Source: Monocercomonoides exilis PA203 (lineage: Eukaryota; Protista; Preaxostyla). Taken from it: DNA of 64,000 nucleotides. Below, piece after piece: positions 61,301-64,000 of the stretch. How positions within the stretch are numbered: position 1 is the stretch's first letter; every line of letters starts with the position of its first letter. Both the position numbers and the translations under genes were made by a program. Under the pieces are notes generated by a model. The model saw only the letters and a list, made by a program, of their open reading frames with translations, was not told where the DNA came from and did not search any database. The DNA lies in contig LSRY02000025.1 in the NCBI GenBank assembly GCA_001643675.2, positions 248,001-312,000 of the forward strand, in the 5' to 3' direction.

Positions 61301-64000
61301 TTTCTTCCTTTTCTTTCTTCTTCTCTTCTTCTTCTTCTTCTCTCTTCTTCTCCTCTTTCTCCTTCATTTCCTTCATTTCCTTTGAAATCTTCATAATTTC
61401 TTCTTCTTTCTCTTCCTTTTCTTTCTCTATTTCTTTCTTCTCTTCTCTTATTTCTTCTATTTGTATTTCCAGTTCTTTATTTCTTTCTTTCAATTTCTTT
61501 ATTTCTTCTTCTTTCTCCTTTTCTCTTTCTTTCCTTTCTTCTTCTTCTTTCTTCTTCTTCTCTTCTTCTCTTTCTCTTTTTTCTCTTTCTCTTTCTTCTC
61601 TTTCTCTTTCTTCTCTTTCTCTTTCTTCTCTTTCTCTTTCTTCTCTTTCTCTTTCTCTTTCTTCTTCTTCTTCTTCTTCTTCTTTCTTCTTTTTCTCTTC
61701 TTCTTCTCTTTTCTCTTCCTCTTCCTCTTCCTTTGCTTCTTTCTCTTTTATTCCTTTCACTTCCATAATTATTGGAATAGATCCTTTTTCTTCTTCTTCT
61801 TCTTTTTCCTCTTCTTCTTTTTCTTCACCTTCCTTCTCTTTCTCTTCTCTTTCTTTCTCTCTCTTCTTTCTCTCTTCTTCAAGTTGCACTCTCAAATTCA
61901 TTATTTCTTGTTCATATTTCTTCAAAAGTTCATTTTCTTCTTTCTTCTTTTCTTCTTCTTTCTCTTTTTCTTCTTCTTCTTCTTTCTCTTTTTCTTCTTC
62001 TTCTTCTTTCTCTTCTTTCTCCTCTTCTTTCTCTTTTTCTCCTTCTTTCTCTTCCTTTTTATCTTCTTTCTCTTTCTCCTTCTCTTCCTTCTCCAAAGGC
62101 ATCAATTTCTTCTTACTTGATGCTTCTTTCAACTTCTTCACTTGCTTCTCATAAATTCTTCGGATTTCTTCATCTTCTTCATTCAATTTCATCATTTTGC
62201 TCTCAATTTTCTCGTTTTCTCCTTCTTTCTCTTTCTCTTTCTCTTCTTTTTCTTTTTCTTCTTTTTCTCCCTTTTCTCCTTCTTTCGCTTCTTTTTCTCC
62301 TTCTTTTTCTTTCTTCTCTTCTTTCTCTTCTTCTTCCTTTTCTTTCTCTTCTTTCACTTCCATTATTATTGGAATATATCCTTTCACTTCATCTTTTTCC
62401 TCTTTTTCTTTCTCTTCTTTCTTTTCGTTTGCTTCATTCATCATTTGCTTTAATTCTTCATTCTCTTTCATCAAATTCTCTATTCTTAACTTCATTTCTT
62501 CTTTCTCTTCATCTTTTTCCTTTTCCTTTTCCTTCTCTTTCTCTTTCTCTTCAATCATCATCTTCTTCAATTCTTCGTTCTCTTTCATTAAATTCTCTAT
62601 TTTTCTTTCCTTCTCTTCTTTTTCTTCTTTCTCTTTCGTTTCTCTTTCTTCTCTTTCTCTTTCTCTTTCTCTTTCTCTTTCTCTTTCTCCTTCTTCTCTC
62701 TCCTCTTCTTCTTTCTCTTCTTCCATCTTTCTTTTCAATTCTTCTAATTCTTTCTTCATCTTTTCATTTTCCTCTTTTAATTCTTTTATCATTTCTCTTT
62801 CTCTTTCTCTTTCTCTTTCTCTTTCTCTTTCTCTTTCTCTTTCTTCTTCTTCTCTCTTCTCTTTCTCTTCAACTATCATTGGAATAATTTCTTTCTCTTC
62901 TTTCTCTTCTTTCTCTTCTTTCTCTTCTTTCTCTTCTTTTTCTTCTTTCTCTTCTTTCTCTTCTTTTTCTTCTTTTTCTTCATTTTCTTCATTTTCTTCA
63001 TTTTTCTCTTCTTCTTTCTCTCCTTTTTCTCTTTCTTCTTTTTCCTTCTCCTTTTCTTCTTTCTCTTCCTCCTCTTTTTCCTTTTCCTTTTCTTTTTGTT
63101 CTTCTTTTTCCTCTTTCTCTTCCTTCTCTTCCTCTTTCTCTTCATCTTTCTCTTTCTTCTCTTTTTCTTTTTCTCTTTCTCTTTCTCTTTCTTCTTTCTC
63201 TTTCTCTCTCATTTTTCTTTCCTCTTCTAATTCTGCTCTTAAATTCATTATTTCTTGTTCATATTTCTTCGCAATTTCATTCTCTTCTTCCTTCTCTTTC
63301 TCTTCTTTGTCATTCTCTTCTTCTTCTTTTTCTTCAGTTTTCTCTTCTTCTTCCTTCTCTTCTTCCTTCTCTTCTTTTTCTTCTTTCTTTTCTTCTTCTT
63401 CTTCTCTTTTCTCTTTCTCTTCTTCTTCTTCGTTCTTTTCTTTTCCTTTTTCTTTCTCTTTCTCTTTCTCCTTTTCTTTCTCTTCAATAATCTTCTTTCT
63501 CAACTCTTCATTCTCTTTCATCAAATTTTCAATTCTTTTCTCTTTTTCTTCTTTTTCTCCTTCTCCTTCTCCTTCTCCTTCTCCTTCTTCTTTCTCTTCC
63601 TTCTCTTCCTTTTCCCCTTCCTTTCCTTCTTTCTCTTTCTCTTTCTCTTTCTCTTTCTCTTTCTCTTTCTCTTTCTCTTTCTCTTTCTCTTTCTCTTTCT
63701 CTTTCTCTTTCTCTTTCTCTTTCTCTTTCTCTTTCTCTTTCTCTTTCTCTTTCTCTTTCTCTTCATTCATTATTATTCTCAGCTCTTCATTCTCCTTCTT
63801 TAACTTCTTCATCTTCTCTTCCATTTCTTCTTTCTCTCTTTTTGCTCTTTCTGCTTTTTTCTTCGTTTCTTCTATCAAATTCTCATATTCTTTTAGTTTC
63901 TCTTCATTTATTGAAATATCTTCCTCTTCTTCTTCTTTCCTTTCTTCTTCTTCTTCTTCTTTCCTTTCTTTTTCTTCTTCTTCATCTTTCTTCTCTCCCT
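58337..64000 (-). CDS. Giant Glu/Lys-rich coiled-coil protein with Ser linker and C-terminal ARM-like helical domain; 5'-partial
   Basis: Frame stays open to the window end. Intron 58873-58609 (GTATGA..CAG, phase 1) joins LCALAVHH to PNHQMLL...ELILNALFILTEFL (ORF 58337..58687). Confidence 0.75.

Noticed and set aside
59514-63803. Long plus-strand Ser/Phe ORFs such as 60211..62154
   Set aside because: Shadow of the minus-strand Glu/Lys gene.

Overview
AT-rich eukaryotic DNA with short GT-AG introns and the standard genetic code. The gene content and style point to an oxymonad such as Monocercomonoides, which is an inference. Host genes: two very large Glu/Lys- and Ser-rich low-complexity genes running off each end of the window; a spliced gene with a UBZ-like zinc finger next to a five-exon UBAC2/Dsc2-like rhomboid pseudoprotease-UBA gene; a 2717-aa receptor-like protein (beta-helix-type ectodomain, one TM, degenerate kinase C-lobe); and five dispersed, mosaic copies of one unknown ~440-480 aa helical family that share upstream sequence. 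A pseudogenic fragment of the receptor family sits between ~200-bp inverted repeats. Two decayed DIRS-type tyrosine-recombinase retrotransposons share a near-identical RT/RNaseH core. The second has unusual termini: ~740-bp inverted arms, an internal complementary region, and two inverted att-like core sites flanking its ORFs. Also present are several fold-back repeats and a phased ~19-20-bp array of an AATAAA-core motif. No rRNA, tRNA or CRISPR array was recognised.
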